Position numbers and translations under genes: made by a program
Origin: an uncultured Clostridia bacterium
GTDB taxonomy: Bacteria; Bacillota; Clostridia; Oscillospirales; Acutalibacteraceae
Length of the DNA: 64,000 nt
Direction: 5' to 3'
Assembly (NCBI GenBank): GCA_946493765.1
Contig: CAMMAZ010000004.1
Coordinates: forward strand, 403 to 64,402
Notes under the pieces: generated by a model
The model's database searches: none
What the model was told of the DNA's origin: nothing
Seen by the model: only the letters and a program-made list of their open reading frames with translations
Shown: one piece after another, positions 45,268 through 55,280 of the stretch
Position numbering within the stretch: position 1 is the stretch's first letter
Layout: the number at the start of each line of letters is the position of its first letter

Positions 45268-45286
45268 GCAGATCAGGTCCTTTCCT

Positions 45287-45649
45287 TTAGCCTAAAAACA
45301 TCTTCAGCCCCGCCCAGATCAAAAAGACGGCAAAAATATGTTTTAATAAAACCGGATCGATCCTGCGCATCAGCAGCGTTCCGGCCGCGGCACCGATAAG
45401 CCCAAATGGAATAAGATAGAGTGATAGTTTTATATCAACGTTGCCTTTCATAAAATAGAAACACACACTGATTAGGCATAACGGTAAGATTACCGCGATA
45501 GAATTGGCGTGCGCCTTTTTTTGCTCCATGCCGTAGGCTTTAAAGAGCGGAACGGCCAGCATGCCGCCGCCAGCACCGAACAATCCGTTGATGACGCCGA
45601 TCAAAAAACCGCCGACCGACAGTTTCAGAATGGATAAATAGCGTTTCAT
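45287..45649 (-). CDS. TauE/SafE-type half-size membrane protein (120 aa)
   Basis: Four TM helices, GAGGGML motif. Paralogous to the downstream half. Confidence 0.65.
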   Translation of the reverse strand: MKRYLSILKLSVGGFLIGVINGLFGAGGGMLAVPLFKAYGMEQKKAHANSIAVILPLCLISVCFYFMKGNVDIKLSLYLIPFGLIGAAAGTLLMRRIDPVLLKHIFAVFLIWAGLKMFLG

Positions 45650-45809
45650 GACTTCCCTGCCTTGTCACTTTTACTAATATTGTTCCTCGCTTTTTGTGCA
45701 TAATATCTGCCAAAATCTAGCACAGAAATGAAAAGAAGTAAAGGAAAAATTTACAGTTGTCTAAATTGTAAATTTTGCTTCAAAAACTTTATATTTTCAT
45801 AAAAATCTA

Positions 45810-45838
45810 TTGACTATTTACGAAAATTATTGTAAAAT
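45810..45838 (+). promoter_or_regulatory. Candidate sigma-A promoter (TTGACT-17-TAAAAT)
   Basis: Hexamers at 45810-45815 and 45833-45838, upstream of the binding-protein gene. Confidence 0.45.
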
Positions 45839-45922
45839 TACTATACCCTTTAATAGCTTGGTACGAGTCGGGCTGTTTGGGAATTTATTTCAAAATTAAT
45901 TAAAAATGGAGGTAAATGTCAA

Positions 45923-47515
45923 ATGACGAATAAGTTAAAACGGCTGTTAGCCTTATCTTTCGTCGTTGTGCTGATTCTCGGTCTGATTGCTTGTGGCAAA
46001 GAAGATAGTGAAACCACATCGGATCTCACCACGACTTCGTCGGCAAGTAGCGAGGGCAGTTCGTCTTCGGACGATACAACCACGACCAAATCCGGTGCGA
46101 CGACAAAGGCGAACGGTAAAACAACGGTCAAAGCTACGTCGGCTGTCCAGACCATCACCGATGCGCAAGGCTACAGCAAAATTTCTCCGCTGATCGAGAG
46201 AACCACCAACAACAGAGGAAACGCCAGCGCTTCGTTTATTAATGGTTTGAAGGGCTATGAACTCGAAATTTTCTATCCGTGGGAGCTGCAAAAGCAGGAA
46301 AGCACACTCGGTCAATCCGCTGCTTATGCACGCCAAGAGGTAGAAAAGGAATTTGGCGTCACGATCAAGGAAGACGGTGTATGGGCGAGCTATAATGAAA
46401 ACCTCGCAGCAAAACTGACTTCGCGTTCCTGCGATGCGCAGATTTACATGGCGCAGGATTTCAACTATGCTTCCTATTTTAAGAATCAGTATCTGTCCGA
46501 CTTGACCAACGCAATGTCAAAAGCGGCTGTGGACTTCAAAGATCCGTGGTACAATCAGAATGCGAGCGCATTTTTGAATATTAACTACAAGCAGTATGGC
46601 TGGATCGCTTACGATATGCAGAGCGAATATGTGTTCCCGTATGTTATTATCTATAACAAGACCTTGATCGACGATGCCAGATTGACCGATCCGGCAACAC
46701 TGGCAGAACAGGGCAAATGGACTTGGGATACTTTGCAGACCTATGCCAAGAGACTCACAAACACCAGTAAAGGTGTGACCGGTTTTGCAACCATCGACGC
46801 AACACAGATGCTCGCATCCATGGTTGCGCAGAAGGGCAACTCGCTGGTTCAGGTTTCCAAAGGTTCAACACCGGCTCCCAACATTGAAAACCAGACTGTG
46901 AAAGAATGCCTGTCCACACTGGTGAATTGGTGCGGCGACGGCGGTATCTGCGAGACATGGTCAAATCAGTCCTGGACCTATCCGAAAACACAGTTTGCGA
47001 AGGGTAAAGTTGCGATGATCTATGGCTTCCATGACACCATCAAGCAGCTGAACTCCTCCGGCACTGTCAACAATGAATTTGGTCTTGTGCAGTTCCCGAT
47101 GCCGACAGAATCGAAAACTTATATCAATGTTTCGATCCCGCAGTTCGTGAACTTTATTCCTTCTCAGTATCAGAATGAAGCACCTGAAATTCTGTTCCTG
47201 CGCAACGAACTGTATCGTCAGAACTACAGATTCATTCAGCGTGACTTCCAGGTGCTCTGGAAAGATTACTTCACCGACACCGATGTGTTAAGCTATGCTT
47301 GCAACATCAAGTTTGAAAGAGGCAACAATGAAACCGTTATGGATTGGCGTTCTGTTGCTGAAGAAACCGGCGTTGGTAAAACAAGCACAACAACGGTTGT
47401 CAAGGAAGCGATCAGCACCAAATCCGTTCAGTCTGCAATCGACAAATATAAGAGTGGTTTGCAGAAGAACTATGAAACGGTTTGGGAAGGCTATAAGATC
47501 ACTGGTAACGTGTAA
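45923..47515 (+). CDS. Extracellular solute-binding lipoprotein (ABC family-1 type), orphan
   Basis: Lipobox LIACG, a Ser/Thr-rich linker, then a binding-protein-like domain of about 450 aa. No permease or ATPase genes nearby. Confidence 0.7.
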   Translation: MTNKLKRLLALSFVVVLILGLIACGKEDSETTSDLTTTSSASSEGSSSSDDTTTTKSGATTKANGKTTVKATSAVQTITDAQGYSKISPLIERTTNNRGNASASFINGLKGYELEIFYPWELQKQESTLGQSAAYARQEVEKEFGVTIKEDGVWASYNENLAAKLTSRSCDAQIYMAQDFNYASYFKNQYLSDLTNAMSKAAVDFKDPWYNQNASAFLNINYKQYGWIAYDMQSEYVFPYVIIYNKTLIDDARLTDPATLAEQGKWTWDTLQTYAKRLTNTSKGVTGFATIDATQMLASMVAQKGNSLVQVSKGSTPAPNIENQTVKECLSTLVNWCGDGGICETWSNQSWTYPKTQFAKGKVAMIYGFHDTIKQLNSSGTVNNEFGLVQFPMPTESKTYINVSIPQFVNFIPSQYQNEAPEILFLRNELYRQNYRFIQRDFQVLWKDYFTDTDVLSYACNIKFERGNNETVMDWRSVAEETGVGKTSTTTVVKEAISTKSVQSAIDKYKSGLQKNYETVWEGYKITGNV

Positions 47516-47547
47516 TCTTGTAGTATGCAATTAAGCAACCAATAATC

Positions 47548-47584
47548 AAAAAGCGGCTGAAAGTTAAACTTTCAGCCGCTTTTG
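47548..47584 (+). terminator. Rho-independent terminator
   Basis: aaaagcggctgaaagt / actttcagccgctttt. Confidence 0.85.
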
Positions 47585-47726
47585 CTTTTTAAATAAAACG
47601 AAAGTGTTTTCCGGTTCAGTAAAATATTTTAAGTCAATATGGTTTTGTTACCTGCCGCACGATTCTGCTTTACAAATAAAAACGTTTGGTGTATAATGGT
47701 TTCAAATATAAACACGGAGGATATTC

Positions 47727-49115
47727 ATGCGGTACCATATTACTTTACTTTTAGCGAAAACGATCAGTTTCCTCATGCGGTTGTGCGGCAGAAGAGCGAC
47801 CCATCTGCCGGGCAGCATTGCAATCCGGCTGTGTCCGGATTTTTTAAAGCATGTCGGTCGTCCCAAAACGATCATTGCGGTCACCGGTACCAACGGAAAA
47901 ACAACCGTCTGCAATCTTTTGATCGATGCATTGAAAGAAAACGGTTATGATCTGATGAGCAACAGTTTTGGTTCCAATATCAATGCGGGCGTCGCCAGCG
48001 CGTTGCTGCACAACTGCACGATTTTCGGGCGTGTCAAAAAACAGCTTGCGGTGCTGGAAGTCGATGAAAGAAGCTCGCTGTTGATTTATCCGTATATCCG
48101 TCCGGACTATATTCTCTGCACCAATTTGCTGCGCGATTCCATCAAACGAAACGCGCACGTGGAATTTATTCAATATATCATCAACAGCGCCATGCAAGAC
48201 AATGCAAAGCTGATTTTAAACGGCGACGATATTTTGACCTGTGCACTCGGCAGTGAAAAACAGCAAAAACGGTTTTTCGGGATTGCCAGAATGCCGGGGG
48301 ACCGAGATGTCCCGTCGCCTTATGCTGTGCGGGACATCACCTGCTGTCCGGTGTGCGATGCAAAGCTCAAATATGAATTTGTGCGGTATAACCATATCGG
48401 AAAGGTCTATTGTGAAAACTGCGGCTTCCGTTCGCCGGACTGCGATTATCTTGTCACCAAGATCGATGAAGAAAACGGTGCCGTCACCGTTTTGCACAAC
48501 GGCGTTTCGACCGATTATAAAATGGTCAACAACAACATCGTGAATATTTATAATATGGTTGCGGTGATCGCTGTTTTGCAGGAGTTCGGTGTGAAGCCGG
48601 AAGGGATCCAGCGTGCGTTTGAAAAAGCGCATGTGGTTAAGTCCCGGTATTTTTCAGAGTCTGTCTGCGGCAAGGAGCTTGTCATGCAGCTGGCAAAAGG
48701 GTACAATCCGATCGCCTGTTCCCGCGTGTTTGATTATATTGCCAAAGGCGATGAGAAAAAAGCGATCATGTTCAACCTGGACGACCGCGACGACGCGAAA
48801 AGCAGCTCGGAAAAAATCACCTGGATGTATGACTGTGATTATTCCAGCTTGACCGACCCGTCGATCACACAGATTTTGGTTGGGGGCAAACGCCGATATG
48901 ACCAATTGGTGCGTCTGCTGCTGGCGGGTGTGCCGCGGGAGAAGATCCATATGACGGAATTCGAAGTCGACACCCCATCTCTGATTGATTTAGAACAGGC
49001 GGACAAGATTTTTATTCTTTATGATATCTACACGACCGAAATGGGCGAGATCGTCCACGACCGGTTGAAAGCCAAAATCATTGCGGAAAGCAAAAAGGCA
49101 GGTGAAAAAGCGTGA
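47727..49115 (+). CDS. murT: Lipid II isoglutaminyl synthase, Mur-ligase-like subunit
   Basis: VTGTNGKTT P-loop, Cys4 ribbon CPVCDAKL...CENCGF, DUF1727-like C-terminus. Coupled to gatD. Confidence 0.9.
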   Translation: MRYHITLLLAKTISFLMRLCGRRATHLPGSIAIRLCPDFLKHVGRPKTIIAVTGTNGKTTVCNLLIDALKENGYDLMSNSFGSNINAGVASALLHNCTIFGRVKKQLAVLEVDERSSLLIYPYIRPDYILCTNLLRDSIKRNAHVEFIQYIINSAMQDNAKLILNGDDILTCALGSEKQQKRFFGIARMPGDRDVPSPYAVRDITCCPVCDAKLKYEFVRYNHIGKVYCENCGFRSPDCDYLVTKIDEENGAVTVLHNGVSTDYKMVNNNIVNIYNMVAVIAVLQEFGVKPEGIQRAFEKAHVVKSRYFSESVCGKELVMQLAKGYNPIACSRVFDYIAKGDEKKAIMFNLDDRDDAKSSSEKITWMYDCDYSSLTDPSITQILVGGKRRYDQLVRLLLAGVPREKIHMTEFEVDTPSLIDLEQADKIFILYDIYTTEMGEIVHDRLKAKIIAESKKAGEKA

Positions 49116-49825
49116 AAATTGAAGTTTTATATCCCGAAGTCTGCAATCTCTATGGGGATATTCACAATATGCACTATTTAAAAAAGTGCCTGCCGGACGC
49201 CGATTGGATCGAAACGGATTTTTGCGCAGATCCCTTTTTTGCAGACCAGGATGTGCAGATGGTCTACATGGGACCGATGACCGAAAATAAACAGATCAAG
49301 GCGATCGAAAAACTGCTGCCTTTCCGGGATCGTTTATGCCAGTTGATCGAACAGGGCACCGTTTTTTTCATGACCGGGAACGCCTATGAGATTTTCGGGC
49401 AAACCATCGACAACAAAACCACCGGGACAAAAACACAGGGGCTTGGGATTTTCCCGATCGATGTCACAATCGATTACTTTTCACGCTATAACGGCATGCT
49501 GCTTGGCGTTTATGAAGACATCGAAGTGGTCGGTTTTCAATCCCAGTTCAGCAGGGTATCTGCCGCACCGGATGCAGTGACGCCGTTTATTGAAGTGCGC
49601 CGCGGTCTCGGTTTAAATCAGGAAAGCAAAATAGAAGGTGTGCGGAAAAACAACTTTTTTGGCACATCGCTGTTGGGACCTTTTTTGATTTTAAACCCGC
49701 TGTTCACCAAAAAGCTGTTGCAGCTGCTGGGTGTTGCAGATCCCAAACTTCCGCTGGGGGAAGAACTGATGCGCGCCTATGCCGCACGGTTGGCGGAATT
49801 TCAAAATCCGAACATCAAGTTTTAG
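49112..49825 (+). CDS. gatD: Lipid II isoglutaminyl synthase, glutamine amidotransferase subunit
   Basis: CobQ/GATase-like, 237 aa. Start overlaps the murT stop. Confidence 0.85.
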   Translation: MKIEVLYPEVCNLYGDIHNMHYLKKCLPDADWIETDFCADPFFADQDVQMVYMGPMTENKQIKAIEKLLPFRDRLCQLIEQGTVFFMTGNAYEIFGQTIDNKTTGTKTQGLGIFPIDVTIDYFSRYNGMLLGVYEDIEVVGFQSQFSRVSAAPDAVTPFIEVRRGLGLNQESKIEGVRKNNFFGTSLLGPFLILNPLFTKKLLQLLGVADPKLPLGEELMRAYAARLAEFQNPNIKF

Positions 49826-50489
49826 CGCGTTTTGCTTCCAGATAGTAAATCGGCAATCCCATGGCGGCGAATTTTTCTTCATACTCCGTTGGAATGTTGT
49901 CATCTATTGCACTGTGATGCAGATCCAGCGAAATATTTTGCAGCATAAACCCGTTTTGAGACAGTTGTTCCAATGAGAAAGCAAACAGCATTGCATTGTC
50001 GGTCTTCTGATGGATTTCACCGTCCGGCTTTAAAATGGTTTGATAAACGGATAAAAACCGGGCGCTGGTCAACCGGTGGGAAGCATAGCTTTTTTTCGGG
50101 AACGGACAGGAAAAATTCAAAAAGATGCGTTCCACGCTGTGCGGCGGGATGATCCGGCTGAGATATTCGGCCTGCGCGTTTAAGAATCTTAAATTCGGCA
50201 GTTGCAGCGGCAGCGCTTTTTCACAGGCTTCCACCAAAACATTCGCGCTTTTTTCAATCGCCAGAAAGTTGATTTCGGGGTGAAGGGCTGCAAATTTGCG
50301 CGCAAATCCGCCTTTTCCGCATCCGATTTCGATGAAAACAGGCTGTGGTTTTGCAAACAAGCCGTCCAGGTCCAGCAACTGTTCGGGCTGTGTGCAGCTG
50401 AAATTTTTGTTTTCACTTTGATAAACCGTTAAAATCGCCTGAACGTTTTGCAGCCGTGCGTCCAGGTTTTTCTTTTTTCGCATTCGCAT
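49815..50489 (-). CDS. trmB: tRNA (guanine46-N7)-methyltransferase
   Basis: EIGCGKGGF SAM motif and overall TrmB blocks. Confidence 0.9.
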   Translation of the reverse strand: MRMRKKKNLDARLQNVQAILTVYQSENKNFSCTQPEQLLDLDGLFAKPQPVFIEIGCGKGGFARKFAALHPEINFLAIEKSANVLVEACEKALPLQLPNLRFLNAQAEYLSRIIPPHSVERIFLNFSCPFPKKSYASHRLTSARFLSVYQTILKPDGEIHQKTDNAMLFAFSLEQLSQNGFMLQNISLDLHHSAIDDNIPTEYEEKFAAMGLPIYYLEAKRAKT

Positions 50490-50567
50490 ATTTTTGTGTT
50501 CGTCCTTTTTCGTTTTTTTCCATTATACCGGATGATAAGCCGGATTTCAAATGCCAATCGAGGAAAT

Positions 50568-51515
50568 ATGAAAAAATATCAATATGTAAAGCATCCGGCT
50601 TTTGTCGGTGCCGTCGCTTGTTTTTGTTGTTTATTGTGGGGCAGTGCGTTTCCCGCTGTTAAAGTCGGTTATGCATTGCTGCATATCGACACATCGGACA
50701 CATGGACGCAGATTCTTTTTGCCGGTTTGCGGTTTGCCGCTGCGGGACTGTTGACCATTCTTTTCGGCAGCCTGCCGGGCCGGAAATTTCTGCTTCCGAA
50801 ACCTGCTTCCTTTGGGAAGATCGGACTGCTTGCCATGGTGCAGACAGTGCTGCAATATATCGCGTTTTATATCGGACTGAGCATGACCACCGCCGTGAAA
50901 TCCTCGATCATCGAGGGCGCCAGTTCCTTTATTGCGATTTTGATCGCCTGCTTTGTGTTTCAAATGGAACGGTTTAATCTGCCAAAATGTATCGGTTGCG
51001 TGTTGGGGCTGTCCGGGATTGTGCTTGTCAATTTAAACGGCGGCGGATTGGGCTCCTTTTCAACCTATAAAGGCGACATTTTGATGTTGATCGCCGCATC
51101 GGCTTATGCATTGTCTTCCGTTTTGCTCCGCCGTTTTTCCAAATCGGAAAACCCGGTTGTTTTAAGCGGATACCAGTTCTTTTTCGGCGGCATTGTCATG
51201 AGTGTTGCAGCGTTTGCCGGCGGTGGGCGCATTGTGTTTGACAATATCGGCGGTGTTTTGCTGCTGCTTTATTTAAGCGCATTATCTGCCGTCGCCTATA
51301 CCCTCTGGGGCATTTTACTCAAATACAACGATGTATCCAGCGTTTCGATCTATGGTTTTATGATTCCGGTGTTCGGTGTGATGCTGTCCGCTTTGTTTAT
51401 CGACGGGGAAGCAGCGTCGGTATTCCGTTTGCAGACCATCATTGCGCTCGTACTGGTCTGTGCAGGCATCATCATTGTCAACCGCTTCGGGGAAACAGAA
51501 AGGGTGAAAGCATGA
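50568..51515 (+). CDS. DMT-superfamily (EamA) transporter
   Basis: Ten TM helices in two EamA repeats. ATG at 50568 follows GAGGAAA. Confidence 0.8.
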   Translation: MKKYQYVKHPAFVGAVACFCCLLWGSAFPAVKVGYALLHIDTSDTWTQILFAGLRFAAAGLLTILFGSLPGRKFLLPKPASFGKIGLLAMVQTVLQYIAFYIGLSMTTAVKSSIIEGASSFIAILIACFVFQMERFNLPKCIGCVLGLSGIVLVNLNGGGLGSFSTYKGDILMLIAASAYALSSVLLRRFSKSENPVVLSGYQFFFGGIVMSVAAFAGGGRIVFDNIGGVLLLLYLSALSAVAYTLWGILLKYNDVSSVSIYGFMIPVFGVMLSALFIDGEAASVFRLQTIIALVLVCAGIIIVNRFGETERVKA

Positions 51516-52309
51516 TCCCATTTAATTTTCACACACATACCACCTTTTCCGATGGTATCGACACGCCGGAACAGATGGTTTTAGCGGCAATGCAAAAGGA
51601 ATTTGAAGCGATCGGTATCACCGACCACAGCTTCACGCCGTTTGACACGACCTATTGCATGCAAGAAAAAAATGTGCCTGTATATATAAAAACACTGCGG
51701 GCGTTAAAGAAAAAATATGCGGGGAAAATAGAGATATACTGCGGTATTGAACAGGATCTGTTTTCCGATTGCGACACCCGACCTTTTGATTATGTGATCG
51801 GCTCGGTGCATTACATTAAAGTGAACGGCGCCTTTTATCCGGTCGACGAAACAAAAGATAAACAATTGGAATGTATTGAAAAGCTGTTTGGCGGAGACCG
51901 GATTGCCTATGCAAAAGCCTATTATGAACAGGTGGAACAAATGGCAAAACAACGCCCCACGATGATCGGCCATTTTGATCTGCTGACAAAATTCGGATTG
52001 TTTGACGATCTTGGCGCTGATTATGAAGCGATCGCAGCATCATCCATGCGGCGTGTTTTAAAAACAGTGCCGATCATCGAAGTCAACACCGGCGCCATGG
52101 CGAGAGGCTATCGCAAAACACCGTATCCCGCGGCGTTTTTGCTGCGAACTGTGCGTGAGTGCGGCGGGGAAGTGGTGCTCTCAAGCGACTGCCATGACGC
52201 GCGTCAGCTCGATTATGCGTTCGATGCGACTTGCACAGAATTAAAAAATGCCGGGTTTTCACATGTTCTGCGTTTTTGTGAACACGGATGGGAACGCCGG
52301 TCAATTTAG
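51512..52309 (+). CDS. PHP-domain histidinol-phosphatase-family protein
   Basis: FNFHTHTTFSDG N-terminal metal motif. Confidence 0.8.
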   Translation: MIPFNFHTHTTFSDGIDTPEQMVLAAMQKEFEAIGITDHSFTPFDTTYCMQEKNVPVYIKTLRALKKKYAGKIEIYCGIEQDLFSDCDTRPFDYVIGSVHYIKVNGAFYPVDETKDKQLECIEKLFGGDRIAYAKAYYEQVEQMAKQRPTMIGHFDLLTKFGLFDDLGADYEAIAASSMRRVLKTVPIIEVNTGAMARGYRKTPYPAAFLLRTVRECGGEVVLSSDCHDARQLDYAFDATCTELKNAGFSHVLRFCEHGWERRSI

Positions 52310-52322
52310 AAAGGATTAAAAA

Positions 52323-52889
52323 ATGGAACTTAAAACGCTGATAGAATCGGAAATCACCATGATCTATAACACCCATATGCAAACGGATTTCCCGGCAACG
52401 GAATTAAAACCGCTGTCTACCTTGCTGCGCGAGCAAAAGCTGGGGCATTATTTTGGCTGCGGCCTGTTTGAAGCGGACACATTGAAAGCCTATGCAATGT
52501 TTGCCGTGTCGCCCTGTGGAAAATATCTGATTTTGGATTACTATGCGGTGGTCAAAGCGTTTCGCGGACAAAAAATCGGCAGCCGGGTGCTGCAAACAAT
52601 GCAGGCGGAACTTTTAAAGACTTATCAAAATATTTTAGGAGAAGTGGAAGACCCCGACTACAGTCTGGATGACGCCGACCGGTCGATCCGCACCCGCCGG
52701 ATCGGATTTTATGAGCGCAACAATGCGATCATGAGTGATGTGAAGGCAAAGGTCGATACCGACCGTTATCTGATTATTTACTTTGGAGATAAAATGGAAA
52801 CAAAAGAGATCAAAGAACAGCTTTGGCAGTTTTATAAGATGCTATTTGGAGATACTTTCAATCAAAAGGATATTCAAATCACTGCATAA
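52323..52889 (+). CDS. GNAT-family N-acetyltransferase
   Basis: RGQKIGSRVL acetyl-CoA loop. Confidence 0.75.
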   Translation: MELKTLIESEITMIYNTHMQTDFPATELKPLSTLLREQKLGHYFGCGLFEADTLKAYAMFAVSPCGKYLILDYYAVVKAFRGQKIGSRVLQTMQAELLKTYQNILGEVEDPDYSLDDADRSIRTRRIGFYERNNAIMSDVKAKVDTDRYLIIYFGDKMETKEIKEQLWQFYKMLFGDTFNQKDIQITA

Positions 52890-52949
52890 AAAACAGCTCC
52901 GGTCTATTTTAGACCGGAGCTTTTTTGATAGGTCGAAAAATATAAAAAA

Positions 52950-53432
52950 TTATTTGTGATATTTGCCGCCCCCGATGATTTGAAACGCGCGATAGATCTG
53001 TTCGGTGAGCAGCACCCGGAACAATTGGTGCGGAAACGTCATTTTGGAAACGGACAATTGCAGGTTTGCACGGGCTTTCACGGTGTCGGCCAATCCGCAG
53101 GAAGAACCGATGATAAAACAAAAATGGCTGTCGCCATAAAGCGATTTTTCCCGGATCAGCGATGCAAACTCGGGGCTGGAAAGCTGTTTGCCCTCAATGC
53201 ACATGGCGATCACAAAACAGCGGTCGGGAATTTGTCTTTGCAGCAGCGCACCCTCTTTTTCGAGTGCAGCGGCAATTTGTGTATCAGACGGATTATCGGG
53301 CAGCGCTGATTCGGGAATTTCCGAAATTTGAAACCGGCAATAGGCGGATAACCGTTTTTGATATTCTGCAATCGCGCTTTTGAAATAAGATTCTTTTAAA
53401 CTGCCCACACACAAAATGGTTATATTGATCAT
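52950..53432 (-). CDS. rlmH: 23S rRNA (pseudouridine1915-N3)-methyltransferase
   Basis: SPOUT fold, MINITILCVGSLKE... and C-terminal EQIYRAF, 160 aa. Confidence 0.9.
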   Translation of the reverse strand: MINITILCVGSLKESYFKSAIAEYQKRLSAYCRFQISEIPESALPDNPSDTQIAAALEKEGALLQRQIPDRCFVIAMCIEGKQLSSPEFASLIREKSLYGDSHFCFIIGSSCGLADTVKARANLQLSVSKMTFPHQLFRVLLTEQIYRAFQIIGGGKYHK

Positions 53433-53458
53433 TTTTCATTCACCTGTTTTTGCATCTA

Positions 53459-54241
53459 CTATAGCAATATCGGGTCTGCGCCGGTTTGCTGCGCGACAGT
53501 CAGGGTATAGTCGGTACCATTTTCAAATCCGCCCATAGAAAGGGAAGACACCGCCGTTTCCTTTGCGAGTGCGGGCAGGTTGTTGTCGCGGCTTAAATGC
53601 GCCAGCACAAAACGGGTGGTTCCGGTCTGCGCCAGCTTTACAAGCTCTCCTGCACAGATGGGATTGGACAAATGCCCGTTCTCACTCATGATCCGGCGTT
53701 TTAACGGATAAGGATACCCGGTGTTGTTTTGCAGCATCATCAGATCGTGGTTGCTTTCCAGCATCACAAGATCGCAGCCGGAAAGATGTTCGTGCACCTT
53801 GTCCGTCACGGTGCCAAGATCGGTGCAGACCGCAATTTTCCGTTCCTTTGTGTGAAAGATATAACCGCAGCTGTCGGCGGCGTCATGCGGTGTTGAAAAG
53901 GCGCAAACTTCGGCGTCGACCGGCAGATTTTCATCCAGTTCGCGGTAATCGACATTTGCATCCAGTGCATGCAGCTGATCCATCGCCTGCAGCGTGCCTT
54001 TGGTAGCATAAACCGGGATATGCAGTTTTTTGGCCAGCACTCGCACGCCGGAAATATGATCCACATGCTCATGGGTCAAGAAAATAGCGGTGATGGTTCC
54101 GGCATCGATATTGCGACCATTTAATGCATCGGTGATTTTTTTAGCGCTGACGCCCGCGTCCACCAGAATGCCGTTTTTGCCAAAGCCTATGTAGGTGCAG
54201 TTGCCTTTGCTGCCGGAGAAAAGAGAACAAAACTTAGCCAA
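53459..54241 (-). CDS. MBL-fold metallo-hydrolase (YycJ-like)
   Basis: THEHVDH motif. TTG start at 54241 (LAKFCSLFSGSKGN). The track ORF start at 54388 is an extension. Confidence 0.75.
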   Translation of the reverse strand: MAKFCSLFSGSKGNCTYIGFGKNGILVDAGVSAKKITDALNGRNIDAGTITAIFLTHEHVDHISGVRVLAKKLHIPVYATKGTLQAMDQLHALDANVDYRELDENLPVDAEVCAFSTPHDAADSCGYIFHTKERKIAVCTDLGTVTDKVHEHLSGCDLVMLESNHDLMMLQNNTGYPYPLKRRIMSENGHLSNPICAGELVKLAQTGTTRFVLAHLSRDNNLPALAKETAVSSLSMGGFENGTDYTLTVAQQTGADPILL

Positions 54242-54254
54242 TCCGATCTTCCTT

Positions 54255-55280
54255 TTAAACAAAATAAAAATTCGTGTCCCATGCGGGAATGTAAGGGTGA
54301 TGCCGCACATAGACCCGGTAATCGCTGCGAATCTGCAGAACCTGCAGCGGCAGCTCAAAATAATCCGCCGTGCGGTGGTATGCGGCAACGCACAGTTTCG
54401 GTTTATATTTTAAAATGGTTTGCCGCGCACCGGCGATCGCCGCCGCTTCACCGCCTTCAACATCCATTTTAATGGTTGTGACCGGCGCGCTATTAAGCAG
54501 ACTGTCAACGCTTTCCGCCCGCACTGCCGCGCCGCCCTCTCCGATAGCGGAATTTCTCCCGGCCAGTGTGCGAAAAAACGCCGCGCCGCTGTGGTCGCTG
54601 ATGCAAACCGGATAACAGGTCACATCGCGCAGCCCTTCGGTGTTCTTTTGCAGCTTTTTGAAATTTTTCCGGTCCGGTTCCACCGCGAGCATTTGCCGGT
54701 AAGCGGGCGACTGCTTTGCAAACTGCAAAACCGTGTCCCCGTTATAAGCGCCAAGATCGAGATAAATTTCTCCCGGCCCCGGCTGTAAAATATCCGAAAA
54801 GGCGGCGGACACGCTGCTCTCACAATCAAACAGATACCGAATATCGCCGGTTAAGCGATAACGCACACAGTTTTCAAAAACACGCCTTGAATCTTCATCA
54901 TACAACAAATCATAAACCTGTGCAAGTGCTTTTTCGTGTTTTTTTGCATATTCCGTTGTGAACAGCCCGCCGCCGATCACCGGAACATCCGGCGCATAGG
55001 TTTCCTGCTCTTTGGCGATCTGCCGGATGCGGGACAAAACCTCCGGCCGGTTGGTGCCAAAACAGATCAAAACAATAAAATTTTTCAGTGTTTCTTTAAA
55101 GTGCCGGTAAGGTTGCACCACAAAGCCGTGAAAGGACTGCCCGCGCACAAAATCATCGCTTGCCATCACACCGGCAACCGGTATACCGCGTTTTTCAAGC
55201 TCTAATATGATTTTATCCGCGCCGTTTCCCATACCATAGAGCACAATGGGCTTTTGCGCTGTTTTGAATTTATTCCACAC
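54255..55280 (-). CDS. FkbM-family methyltransferase with N-terminal extra domain
   Basis: DLGAYNGDT and IKMDVEG blocks. GTG at 55280 follows GGGGGA and overlaps the upstream stop. Confidence 0.75.
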   Translation of the reverse strand: MWNKFKTAQKPIVLYGMGNGADKIILELEKRGIPVAGVMASDDFVRGQSFHGFVVQPYRHFKETLKNFIVLICFGTNRPEVLSRIRQIAKEQETYAPDVPVIGGGLFTTEYAKKHEKALAQVYDLLYDEDSRRVFENCVRYRLTGDIRYLFDCESSVSAAFSDILQPGPGEIYLDLGAYNGDTVLQFAKQSPAYRQMLAVEPDRKNFKKLQKNTEGLRDVTCYPVCISDHSGAAFFRTLAGRNSAIGEGGAAVRAESVDSLLNSAPVTTIKMDVEGGEAAAIAGARQTILKYKPKLCVAAYHRTADYFELPLQVLQIRSDYRVYVRHHPYIPAWDTNFYFV

